From the NCBI GenBank assembly GCA_963714275.1, contig CAVQNT010000002.1:192001-256000 (forward strand): a stretch of DNA of 64,000 bases, written 5' to 3'. The notes beneath the pieces were generated by a model that had not been told where the DNA came from, made no database searches, and saw only the letters and a program-made list of their open reading frames with translations. Below are positions 22,690 to 35,854 of this stretch, piece after piece. Positions within the stretch are counted from its first letter, which is position 1, and every line of letters starts with the position of its first letter. This DNA comes from Candidatus Bathyarchaeota archaeon (GTDB lineage Archaea; Thermoproteota; Bathyarchaeia; Bathyarchaeales; DTEX01). The position numbers and the translations under genes are program-made.

Positions 22690-23919
22690 TTGAAAGGGCT
22701 GGTTGTGGTTTCGTCGCCTGGAAGAGCGGATTTCCTCAACACCCATCAGGACTACAAGGGCTTGCCTGTTGTGCCTGTCGCCATCAACCTGAGAATGCAT
22801 TTTACAGCTGAACCTACCAAAGACGAGACATTCACAATTGTGTCGCTTGACCTCCAAAAATTAAATGAACGCTTCACGGACAGTTTCAAAATCGGAATTA
22901 ACGAGATGCTAGAGGGAAGGTTCTTTGGCAACTATTTCCGCGGAATCGTAAACGTGCTGGTCAAACAAGGGCTAGCCGAGAAGCTTCGTGGCATGAACGT
23001 GACGATAAGAAGCGAAATACCCGTAGGCTCTGGGTTGTCCAGCAGCGCTGCGCTTGAGGTTGGGTTCGCAGAGCTACTTAACCACGTTTGCAGGCTTGGG
23101 CTTACAAAACACGACTTGGCGGAAGTAGCCTTCGCCGCGGAAAACCAGGAAGCAGGCATCCCCTGCGGCAGGCTTGACCAATACGGCGTTACCTTCGGCG
23201 GGATAATCAAACTTGAGTGTGTGCCACCTTACAATGTCGAGCCCCTTCCATTCAAGGACCTAACCTTTGCCATCGTTGATTCTGGAATTAGACATTCAAC
23301 GGCTGACATCCATCCGAAAAGGCAAGATGACATAAACAGGGGACTCAGGGCGCTCATGGAAAGCCCGTTGGTTCCTGAAGCCTTGAAAAGAAATCTTGGC
23401 TACACGTTCAACGAACCGAAATGGAGAAAAATCAGCGAAGACGAGATTAAAGATTGTCTTTCAGTTCTGGACGACAATGCAAGAAGCCGAATCCTCTTTA
23501 CTTTGAGAATGCAAAAGTCAACTGAGTTCGCCCTAAAAGTTTTACGTTACGAGAAAATAGGTGGCTCAGAGGCTGGTCTTTACTTCGGAGAAGAAAGGTG
23601 GAAAGTCCCAAAAAAGGAAGCATCTTCGGAGCTTAACTACCGAATTTTGGGCGCTGTAATGAATGACCAGCAGACTTTGCTAAGGGACCTCTACGACGTT
23701 AGTTTACCGAAGCTTGAAGACATCTGCCAACACGCCCTGAATGCGGGTGCTTATGGTGCCAAAATATCGGGAGCAGGCTTGGGTGGAAGCATAATTGCGC
23801 TGGTTAAGAACGGCGAGGACGGAAGGAAAGTCATTGATGCCTGCCTTTGCGTTGGCGCCAAAAACGGGTGGGTCTCCAAAGTCGGTGAAGGCGTAAAAGT
23901 TGAGCAAGTGTGCAATTAG
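22690..23919 (+). CDS. galK: Galactokinase-family GHMP kinase
   Basis: PVGSGLSSSAA, CGRLDQ, GAKISGAGLGG; follows galT. Confidence 0.8.
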   Translation: MKGLVVVSSPGRADFLNTHQDYKGLPVVPVAINLRMHFTAEPTKDETFTIVSLDLQKLNERFTDSFKIGINEMLEGRFFGNYFRGIVNVLVKQGLAEKLRGMNVTIRSEIPVGSGLSSSAALEVGFAELLNHVCRLGLTKHDLAEVAFAAENQEAGIPCGRLDQYGVTFGGIIKLECVPPYNVEPLPFKDLTFAIVDSGIRHSTADIHPKRQDDINRGLRALMESPLVPEALKRNLGYTFNEPKWRKISEDEIKDCLSVLDDNARSRILFTLRMQKSTEFALKVLRYEKIGGSEAGLYFGEERWKVPKKEASSELNYRILGAVMNDQQTLLRDLYDVSLPKLEDICQHALNAGAYGAKISGAGLGGSIIALVKNGEDGRKVIDACLCVGAKNGWVSKVGEGVKVEQVCN

Positions 23920-23969
23920 AGAGACATTTAAAACGCACTTTACGTTTATTATTAGTTTGGTTCTGGGTT

Positions 23970-25143
23970 ATGGTCTCTAACCTGCCAGCTGAAGCAAAAA
24001 ACAAGTGGGCGGAAGTTGCAGCCTGCCATTCTACGCCTGAAAAGATTAAGTTGATGCGGGAGTTCATCTCGCTTGTTCCAAAACACAAGGGAACCGCTAA
24101 GCTCTTGGGTAACGTGAGACGTCGCATAGCCACCCTTGAGAACGAAGTTGAGAAGACTAAGGCTCGAAGAAAAGGCAGCCGTGCAGGAGGCTTCTCGGTT
24201 CCCAAAGAAGGCGCTGGGCAAATCATCGTCCTGGGTCTAACAAAAGTTGGACGAAGCAGCCTTTTGGCTTCAGTAACTAACGCCAAGGTGGAGGCATCGC
24301 CAATCTTCTTTGCCACACGGAAACCCGTCATTGGGATGCTGCCGTACAAGAACATCCAGTTTCAGCTCGTGGAGGCGCCTGCTTTGGTTGAAGGCTCATC
24401 TCAAGGCAAAATGGGCGGGTCGCAGATTTTGGGTCTCGCGCGGAACGCTGACGGTTTGATGTTGATGGTTGATTTATCCGAGGACCCGGTTGAACAGTTT
24501 CACTTGTTGCGTTCAGAGCTGGAGCGGTCAGGCGTGTTGATTGGGAGGTCCGAAGGCGAGGTGGAGGTTACCCGTCGAAGCGTCGGAGCAAGCGTCCAAG
24601 TTGTTGGAGGTGGAATATTGGTTAACTGCACCTTAGACGACATCAGAAGGATGCTTGAGAGCCTACCGAATCAATTCCGCACTGGTGAGGATTCGAGGAA
24701 AAGTAGCCTTGGACGACATCGAGACCTCGTTGTTCTCAAGCACCGTTTACAAGCCAACATTAATCGTGGCAAACAAGCTCGACGCGCCAAAAGCTGGGGA
24801 AGCTCTACAGAAATTTAGGGAGGAACTAAAGGACTTTGAGATTCCGATTCTTCCAGTTTCATGCCTCAAAAGTCAGGGACTGGAAGATATCGGCAGATAC
24901 ATCTTCAAGATGTTAAGCATAATAAGAATCTACACAAAAGAACCCAGCGATAAAGAGCCGTCTCCGAATCCCATTGTTGTCAAAGAAGGAACCACGGTCA
25001 TCGACATCGCCAAGGAACTGCACAGCAGCCTTTACAAAAGGTTCCAGTACGGACGCATTTGGGGACAAAGCGCCAAGTACCCGGGGCAAAAAGTGGGTTC
25101 AAACCACATGTTGAAAGATAGCGACATACTCGAAATTCATTAG
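23970..25143 (+). CDS. DRG/Obg-family GTPase with TGS domain (one frameshift)
   Basis: PKHKGT N-terminus, G1-like GLTKVGRSS, NKLD, IYTK, GQKVG..H.L.D.DI. Confidence 0.88.
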
Positions 25144-25171
25144 TATCGCCAATCTTGTCATGTGCCCAAAC

Positions 25172-25537
25172 CTAAGTTGTCGTTAAAAAGGTTTTCAGCA
25201 TTGTTCTGCAGCCTTCGTAGGTTATTTTTTCTCCCCACACAACCTCGCCCCTTGTTGGCTCAACAACCATGCCCTTGTACATTCCTGAAGGGTTCAAAAT
25301 GTAGAAAGCCTGAGCGACGAAAAGCAGCAAGTTAAGGTCTCTGCCTGAAAAGGTCTGCTCCAGAAACCTGCTTTGCTGGTCAGTCAACTGGATTCTTTCC
25401 CGTAACGCTTCCATTATGCCTTTTCTTTCCTCATCCATTATGCTGAGAAGGTCAGAAAGCGTGATTCCTTGTTCCTTTAGATAGTCTTTCAAAGCCTCTC
25501 TGAGAGGTATATAACCTGTTTCCTGAGGCACACCCAT
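25172..25537 (-). CDS. Hypothetical protein
   Basis: Open frame with GGAG RBS; protein-like composition. Confidence 0.6.
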   Translation of the reverse strand: MGVPQETGYIPLREALKDYLKEQGITLSDLLSIMDEERKGIMEALRERIQLTDQQSRFLEQTFSGRDLNLLLFVAQAFYILNPSGMYKGMVVEPTRGEVVWGEKITYEGCRTMLKTFLTTT

Positions 25538-25634
25538 AACGCTCCTTCCGTTAAGAGACAACGTGCAAAAGAATTTAACATTAAGGATTAAATATATACA
25601 GTGCATTGGTTCTACTACATTAGGAGGCAGTTAC

Positions 25635-26538
25635 TTGTCTGATTTAAGTGAACCCCGCGTTCGCTGTCCAGGCTGCGGCAAACTCGCTCCAGCCATGAAA
25701 TACTGCATATACTGCGGAGCAAAATTACCTGAACCGACTCCGCCATCAATTAAGCCACCGCAATCTGCGACTCTTCCTCCTCTGCCGCCAACGATATCGC
25801 CGCCGACCCAATCTTTACCCCGTGCGGTTACGTCACCTTCGGTTGTGGCTAGAGACGAGATTGCCAGTCTTATGTCAGGCGTCGAAACCCTCTACGAGAG
25901 GAAGATTTCGCTTCTTGGCCTCTTTCGGTCAGGAGAAGTCACAGAACGGATATTCCTGAAACTCTTCAGCGAGTACGAGGGCAAATTGAACAGTTTTCTT
26001 AAGGCTAGGGAAATAAAAGTGGGGGAGTTCAAAGACAAGCTAGACGAAAGAAACAAGCGACTCACCGAGATTTCATTGAAGCTTGAGGAGCTTGATGTTC
26101 GCCACAAAGTGGGAGAGGTGGACTCCAACCTTTACACTCAGCAGGCGGACAACCTAAGGGCGGAGGAACGCGAGCTCATCGAGTCGTCGAAGATGCTGAG
26201 AACCAACATCAACAATCTAGAAAACATGTTGTCAAGTAAAAGACCAGGCCAAATTCGGGACTTCGAGAATAAACTGAAATCTTGCCTAAGCGACCTTGAA
26301 AAGCTTGTAACTGAAGGAAAGGTTACTGCAGAGACCTTGAAAACCGTTAAACCCGACATCGATGAAACCTTGACGTTTTTCGACTCGCTAATCAAAGAAC
26401 ACAAAGAGAAAGACCGAAGCCTCAGAGAACAGACTCGAAACCCTCCAAACAAGGTATAAACTAAGCGAACTTTCCATTGAAGAGTACGAAAGAAAAAAAC
26501 ACGAACTTCAGACAGAAATAGACAAAATCTGGGTTTAA
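25635..26538 (+). CDS. Zinc-ribbon plus Pro-rich linker plus coiled-coil protein (CdvA-like C-terminus; frameshift near end)
   Basis: CPGCG..YCIYCG; LEELDVRHKVGEV and TRYKLSELSIEEY repeats resemble the CdvA coiled-coil (recalled similarity). Confidence 0.6.
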
Positions 26539-26642
26539 CCTCGCCCTCAAGGATTTTTCCATTCTTCTTTGTTCAGAAGTATGCTTCAAAGACCTAAAAG
26601 CTGAACTCCTCAGCCACGACTACAATAAAGTAGGAGTCCACA

Positions 26643-28328
26643 ATGAAGTTCCAAGCGTTAACCGAGATTTGCGAAAAACTGTCATCAACAACCAAACGTA
26701 ACCGGATGACCGACGCAGCTGCAGAGTTCCTGAAGGTTCTTGATGACGACGAGGTTGAGCCAGCTGTTTCGATGATGCTTGGACGCGCCTTCCCGAAGTG
26801 GAACCAGAGGACCCTTGATGTCAGCTGGGCAACCCTCAGCAGCACCATCGAACGATTGACAAAAACGGACTGGAAAGAATTCTCAGCCACATTTCGAGAA
26901 ACAGGCGACATAGGCTCAGCAGTCCAAGCCATCTTCGAAAGGAACAAAGTTCGCAGGCAGGCTACCCTCTTTGAGAACCCGCTGACGATACTTGAGGTCA
27001 GAAGAGTCCTTGAAGCTATGGCTGAGTCAATTGGGCAGGGTGCCCGTGAAAAGAAGGAACGGCTTATCGAAATCCTTTTTGGGCGAGCTGAACCGCTGGA
27101 AGCCAAGTACCTCGTCAAAATCATACTCAGCGAGATGAGAACAGGATTCCACGAAGGGCTCATGGAAATAGCGGTTTCCAAAGCATTTTCCATTCCCCTT
27201 AAGACCGTTCAAAAAGCCGCAATGTTCACCGGAGACATCGGCGAAGTCGCGTCCATAAGCAAGACCCAAGGCGCAGAGGAAGTTGCAGGGCTTAGCTTCA
27301 AGGTTTTTAGACCCATAAAACCGATGCTTGCCAGCATGGCTGAAAATCCATATGAAGTCTTAAAGGAATATGGGGGAAAATCTGCTTTTGAGTATAAGCT
27401 TGACGGTGCCAGAATTCAGATTCACACATCACTCGGTGAAGTGAAGATTTTCAGTCGCCGACTAACGGATGTTACTGAAAGTCTTCCAGAGGTTGTGCAG
27501 CAAGTTCAACACGAAATAAAGGCAGAAGAAGCCATTTTAGAAGGCGAAGTCATCGCCGTGGGGCAGGACGGTAACCCCTTTCCGTTTCAGCACCTGATGC
27601 GCCGTTTCCGAAGAGTTTATGACATCGGAACTATGCTTAAAGAAATCCCGGTCAAGTTGTACTTGTTCGATGCAATATACCTCAATGGCGAAAGCCTCAT
27701 CAGCCTTCCTTATTTGTCTCGGCGACAAAAATTGACGGAAGCAGCTGGAAGCATCCCCCTTACTGAGCAAATTGTATCTGAAGACTTGGAGGAAGCTGAG
27801 CGTTTCATGCGTAAAGCCGTGGATGAGGGACACGAGGGGCTTGTGGCGAAAAGGCTTGATGGTCCCTACACGCCGGGAGTCCGCGGCAAACACTGGTTCA
27901 AAATCAAAGAAATCTTGGAACCGTTAGACCTGGTGATTGTCGCCGCTGAATACGGTTACGGGAGAAGGCGCAGGTGGCTGTCGGACTATCATCTTGCAGC
28001 GAGAGACGAGCAAAGTGGCGAGCTTCTCACCTTGGGCAAAACCTTCAAGGGATTAACGGACAAAGAGATGGAGGATATGACCCAGCGGCTCCTAAAAATT
28101 GCTGTGAGGTATGATGGGCACAGGGTTGTTGTTCAACCAAGCATTGTCGTTGAGGTGGCGTACAATGAGATTCAGGAAAGCCCGACCTACAAGTGCGGGA
28201 TGGCTTTAAGGTTTGCCCGAATATCGAGGATACGGGAAGACAAAAGCCCAGATGAAGCCGACACAATCCAAAGGGTCCAGAAAATATATGAAAAACAGTT
28301 TGAAAAGAAAGCTAGATTCGGTATGTAA
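26643..28328 (+). CDS. lig: ATP-dependent DNA ligase
   Basis: EYKLDGAR, EGLVAK, WFKIK, ALRFARI..IREDK. Confidence 0.97.
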   Translation: MKFQALTEICEKLSSTTKRNRMTDAAAEFLKVLDDDEVEPAVSMMLGRAFPKWNQRTLDVSWATLSSTIERLTKTDWKEFSATFRETGDIGSAVQAIFERNKVRRQATLFENPLTILEVRRVLEAMAESIGQGAREKKERLIEILFGRAEPLEAKYLVKIILSEMRTGFHEGLMEIAVSKAFSIPLKTVQKAAMFTGDIGEVASISKTQGAEEVAGLSFKVFRPIKPMLASMAENPYEVLKEYGGKSAFEYKLDGARIQIHTSLGEVKIFSRRLTDVTESLPEVVQQVQHEIKAEEAILEGEVIAVGQDGNPFPFQHLMRRFRRVYDIGTMLKEIPVKLYLFDAIYLNGESLISLPYLSRRQKLTEAAGSIPLTEQIVSEDLEEAERFMRKAVDEGHEGLVAKRLDGPYTPGVRGKHWFKIKEILEPLDLVIVAAEYGYGRRRRWLSDYHLAARDEQSGELLTLGKTFKGLTDKEMEDMTQRLLKIAVRYDGHRVVVQPSIVVEVAYNEIQESPTYKCGMALRFARISRIREDKSPDEADTIQRVQKIYEKQFEKKARFGM

Positions 28329-28495
28329 TATTTCAAGTGGTGAGAAAACCTTCGAGCCTTCATGAGAAAGGTTCAGGTAACAGAGACTTTAAGCTTTCTC
28401 GCATATTGTATGCCTAGCTGTGTGGATGGGTAACAGTCATAAACCTTTTAGCATAATAAAGTAATAGCCAATTTATGATGTTACGGTGACTAGAC

Positions 28496-29111
28496 TTGTC
28501 CAGAAAGACCTCGATTGTTGCTGAGGCTTTGGTTCGTTCAGGCGCCCTAAAGTTTGGAAGCTTCAAGTTAAAATCTAGCATTATAAGCCCATACTACATT
28601 GATTTGACATGGCTTCTGTCTTCTCCGAATGATTTCGGTTCCGTTGTCGATGTTGTGGCTGAAGAAATCAAGCCCATGGTTTCTTCGAGAAAAGTGAACA
28701 AGCTAGCCTCTATCGAGCTCAAGGGCGCATTGTTGATTCCAAGCATAGCTGGCAAATTGGGTTTGCCCTGTGTTGTCATCAGGAAGGAATCGAAGACCTA
28801 CGGCTTGACAGACAGAATAACGGGAGGCGAAGTTCGGAAGGGCGACCGCATAGCATTCTTTGACGACGTGATAACTTCAGGTGCCTCCAAAATTGAAGCT
28901 CGTTAAGCTGATAGAGGAAGCGGGCGGAAAAATCGAAGCCGTGGTCGTTGTGGTTGACAGAGAGCAAGGTGGAAAACAGGAATTGGAAAAACAAGGCTAC
29001 AAGGTTAAACCTGTTACAACCATTTCGGAAATCGTGAAAAACCTTGTTTCAGCCAAAACTCTTTCTAGTAATCAAGCTGACAAAATTTTTATGTATTTAG
29101 GAAAAGTCTAA
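28496..29111 (+). CDS. pyrE: Orotate phosphoribosyltransferase (one frameshift)
   Basis: FGSFKLKS..SPYYID, RKESKTYG, DDVITSG, VDREQGG. Confidence 0.92.
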
Positions 29112-29210
29112 GCCATCTGATATTACTTAAGAGGTTCAGAACGCCTAGACAATAAATCAAAGCAGAGAAACGAACAGCTCAGCTATTCAAACCTGACCGA
29201 AGATAGCGAA

Positions 29211-32428
<3,218 letters not shown>

Positions 32429-32592
32429 TTAACTATATTAAAGCAGCCGCTATACTTCTACTCACATAAGGAGGATAAGACAAAGTATGAGAATACAATA
32501 CCACAGCGAGAAGCCTATAGCCTACACTATTAGGAAGTCTCGCGAGACACCCAGCGTGCCAAGCACGATAATAATAAGCAGTTTTAACGGAG

Positions 32593-33805
32593 GTGAAAGC
32601 TAATGAAAAGCTAGACGAAGTCAAAGTATGGGTTGAGTCAGAGCCAGCTATCAGCAAGTGGCTCGCATCATTCAAGAATCCCAGCACCCGCATCAACTAT
32701 ACAATAGTGATGCAGACGTTCCAAGAGTTTACTGGCCTAAGAGGAGAAGACTTTCTCGCTGAGATAGATGCAGAGGAAGCCAAGCCGCTCACTCAGAGAG
32801 GAAGCATAGAGAAACGATTCGTTCCCTTCTTTGAGTGGTTCACATCTAAAGGCAACGCAGAAGGCACAGCGGTCGCTAAGATAGGCGCCATAATGAGCTT
32901 CTACCGCTTCTACAACTACCGCTGCAACTTCAGCCCGGGAAAGACTTTCAAAGCGGCTAAGAAGAACAGGGAAGTCAATATCACCAAAGAAGACGTTAAG
33001 AAGCTCTGTTTCAGCAGCCAAGAACCTTCGAGACAGAGCAATCATCCTAGTCCTCTACCAGAGCGGATGCGACCTAAGCACTCTTCGAAGCCTCAAAGTC
33101 AGGGATGTTCAGCATGGCTTAGAGTCAGGAGAACTTCCCCTTAGGCTTAATCTGAGACGCCGAAAAGAAGCAGTGGAATATCACAGCTTCATCTCAGTGG
33201 ACGCCATCGAAGCGGTCAGAGCTTACCTCAACGAGCGGACGAGAAAAGAAGGAGCTTTAGACCTAGAGTCTCCTCTCTTCATCAGAGAAAGAATCATCGC
33301 CATGTGGAGAGGAAAGCCGAGAAACGTAATCAGAGAAGCTCAGCAACATCCTCATAGAGAAGTTCTTCAGAGAAATCGCAATGGAGGCTAAGCTTCTTTC
33401 AGCAGAAGAGATGAGCAGAACCAACTGGAATCCCTTCAGAGCTCACGCGCTTAGGCGAGCTTTCGGAGATGCTTTAAGAGCAGCAGGCGCAGACTATGCA
33501 GCAATAGAGTATTTCATTGGGCACAGGACACCTATGCACGGCGCTTATCTGGGAAACATCGACCAAGCATACATCAAGGCTATGGATAATCTCAGCATCT
33601 TTGGAAGCAGCAACGAAGTGACAAACCTTAAGATAGCAACCCTCTCAGCAGAAGTGGATGGTCTTAAAACTCAGTGTCGGAAGTGCAAAGATTCGCCAAA
33701 GCAATTGAGCCTGTGCTTAGGGATTATCTCGACGACGATGCGAAGTTTAACGCGTTCAGCTACACAGAGAAAGCCGCGTTAGTTGAGCAGTTGAATAGGA
33801 AATAG
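32593..33805 (+). CDS. Tyrosine recombinase/integrase (frameshifted; SGCD instead of SGxR)
   Basis: RDRAIILVLYQSGCDLSTL, RRKE, RAHALRR, YFIGH, GAY across frames. Confidence 0.88.
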
Positions 33806-33807
33806 AG

Positions 33808-33841
33808 CGGAAAGGGAAGGAAGATTCCTCTTCTTTTTCGG
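33808..33841 (+). terminator. Hairpin and T-rich tract after the integrase
   Basis: GAAAGGGAAGGAA-GA-TTCCTCTTCTTTTTC. Confidence 0.45.
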
Positions 33842-34017
33842 TCTTATCCTCCGAAGAACGGGGAAGCCTTCCTCCCCCGCAATCCTCCCTTCTTATAAGC
33901 TTTAAGAAACTGCGTTAAGAAACTTACTTTCGTCTAGCTTTATATCTTAACATCTTGTAGTAGTTCACAACCTAGCAGCGTAAGCTGTGAAGGTTTCTAC
34001 CAAAGGAGGAATGATAT

Positions 34018-34392
34018 ATGAAAAAAGCTAACCCGCCGTCGGATGCAAACGAGGTTGAAGGTGAAGACTTAGTTGAAGTTGAAGGCGAATATGGAAGAAT
34101 AAACCCCGTAGTAGCAAAGATAGTGCTAAGCACCCTAGTCTACGACTTAGCATTTGACCACCAAGATGAATTAGCAGAAAAAATAAAGGAAGCTTGTGAG
34201 GCATTATGTTGGCAGCACACACCTACAAAGAAAGAACTAAAGAAGGCTGTACCATATTTCTTTGAACTCGTCAGACAAATAGACAACTGTGAAATCCTTT
34301 ATTTCGACATGGACGAAAAGTCGTTAGGGAAGATCAAAGTTTCAGGTATCCCGCAAGTCGTCAAAGACATTAAAAGAGAGAAATTAACATAG
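34018..34392 (+). CDS. Hypothetical protein (element 1)
   Basis: Strong GGAGG RBS; 124 aa ORF. Confidence 0.7.
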   Translation: MKKANPPSDANEVEGEDLVEVEGEYGRINPVVAKIVLSTLVYDLAFDHQDELAEKIKEACEALCWQHTPTKKELKKAVPYFFELVRQIDNCEILYFDMDEKSLGKIKVSGIPQVVKDIKREKLT

Positions 34393-34441
34393 ATTGGGGC
34401 AGAGACGTATACCCAAAAGACGAAGAAGAGGCAGACGTTGC

Positions 34442-34609
34442 ATGAACTTCAAGCCAATCGTGGCTAAGTATGACGACCACTGTTTCTGGTGCAAACGCCA
34501 CTTTGACATAGGGACGCCTATCTACTGGCGAAAGGAATCGGGGAAGTCAACCGTCATCTGCTTAGACTGCTGGGAAAGAGAGCAGCTCAGCCTCTTTAAT
34601 CATGACTGA
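34442..34609 (+). CDS. Small CxxC...CxxC zinc-finger protein
   Basis: HCFWC...ICLDC; GAGG RBS. Confidence 0.65.
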   Translation: MNFKPIVAKYDDHCFWCKRHFDIGTPIYWRKESGKSTVICLDCWEREQLSLFNHD

Positions 34610-34870
34610 GGATGACACTCTCAGCCTTCGGAATCGTTATTCTACAATCGACTGTTGCAGGAATATCCACATTATCCATATGGATATTGGGGATATTTTG
34701 CTCCCTAAGAGAGAATATATTCATCATCATACAACAAGCTAGCGGGTATGCCCGCTGGGACACGAGGACTGTCATCCACTGTGGTGGCACACCCTCAGCA
34801 TCCCTACAATATTTTTTAAAAATAATGCGTCGTCCAACGCTTTTATAAAGTAATAAATATAATAAATATC

Positions 34871-35230
34871 ATGTCAATCGAAAAAGAAATATTGGATGAG
34901 ATGATTCCTAAATTAAGATCACAATTCTTTAGATCAGTTCACTTTGGCTTACAAGTTCTAGACTCTCTTTTAGAGCAATGTGGAAAGAATAAAGAAAAAG
35001 AGAGTGTCGAAATAAAAAATACGAACCTTTTGTTGCTAGTGAGTCAAATCAATAGAGCGTTTAGGGATTCTTCATTGTACATAGAAATGATAGAAAGCCT
35101 ATTGGGAAAGCATGAAAAAAGATGGGCTGATTTATTAGAAAAAGCAAAAGAACAAGATATAGAACAGCAAAAACAAATTAATGCAACATCAGAAAAACTT
35201 GGAAAAATTAGTCCAACGTATATAAAATAG
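34871..35230 (+). CDS. Hypothetical protein, AT-rich, with its own TATA promoter
   Basis: TTTTATAAA ~25 nt upstream of ATG; helical protein. Confidence 0.65.
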   Translation: MSIEKEILDEMIPKLRSQFFRSVHFGLQVLDSLLEQCGKNKEKESVEIKNTNLLLLVSQINRAFRDSSLYIEMIESLLGKHEKRWADLLEKAKEQDIEQQKQINATSEKLGKISPTYIK

Positions 35231-35377
35231 ACAATGTTTTCTCCATGATGATAGACCTCAGCCGCTGTGCTGGGATATCTGTCATCTTCCACTTGTTTTT
35301 AGAGCTAGCTTACGCCAACACAAGGTTTTTACCAAGGCTTTGATAAACTTAGCTTAGCTGACTAAGAGGTAGTTCAG

Positions 35378-35671
35378 TTGTCAGTCACAATAGATAAAGT
35401 TATAATAAATCGTCATTGTGTGGAAGCAATTCAGGGATTTCCTAGAGAGCACTTTCATTTAGAAGGTAAAGGTACAGATGATGAGATTAAAGGTGTTTGT
35501 AACGCACTTAGAGAATACAATGTAGGAGACACTGTTCAAGTCAAAGACGAAATTAAGTTTAATTTTTCGGGTGTGTGGAAAATAGGCAGGTTAGAGCTAA
35601 CACAAGAAGGGAAGACTCCTATTATCTACAAATTTTATATTGGATTTTGGGGCTTACAGATACATCCATAA
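35378..35671 (+). CDS. Hypothetical protein
   Basis: GAGGT RBS; 97 aa beta-rich ORF. Confidence 0.55.
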   Translation: MSVTIDKVIINRHCVEAIQGFPREHFHLEGKGTDDEIKGVCNALREYNVGDTVQVKDEIKFNFSGVWKIGRLELTQEGKTPIIYKFYIGFWGLQIHP

Positions 35672-35854
35672 ACTTATTCTTGAAGAACAGTTACTTCTGT
35701 CTCATTAGGTAGATGCCTTTCTTCTTAGACTACGCAACGCCAGCCGTCTTGAGACATAAGACGGACTATCCCCTTCTGTTCTTTAATCGGCTTGTCAGAT
35801 AGGTCAAGCGGGTATAGTGTCTTTTTCGTTCATTGTTCAGCACCTAGGGATAGA

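Noticed and set aside
23970-25143. Degenerate G1/G3 motifs (GRS, EAPA) in the DRG-like GTPase
   Set aside because: I recall similar variants in this archaeal paralogue group, so it is not evidence of novelty here.
34606-34640. CTGAGGA as a hammerhead ribozyme core
   Set aside because: No stem II followed by GAAA in the required arrangement.
35295-35308. GTTTTTAGAGCTAG resembles the start of the SpCas9 repeat/sgRNA
   Set aside because: Single short match with no array, spacers or cas genes in the window.
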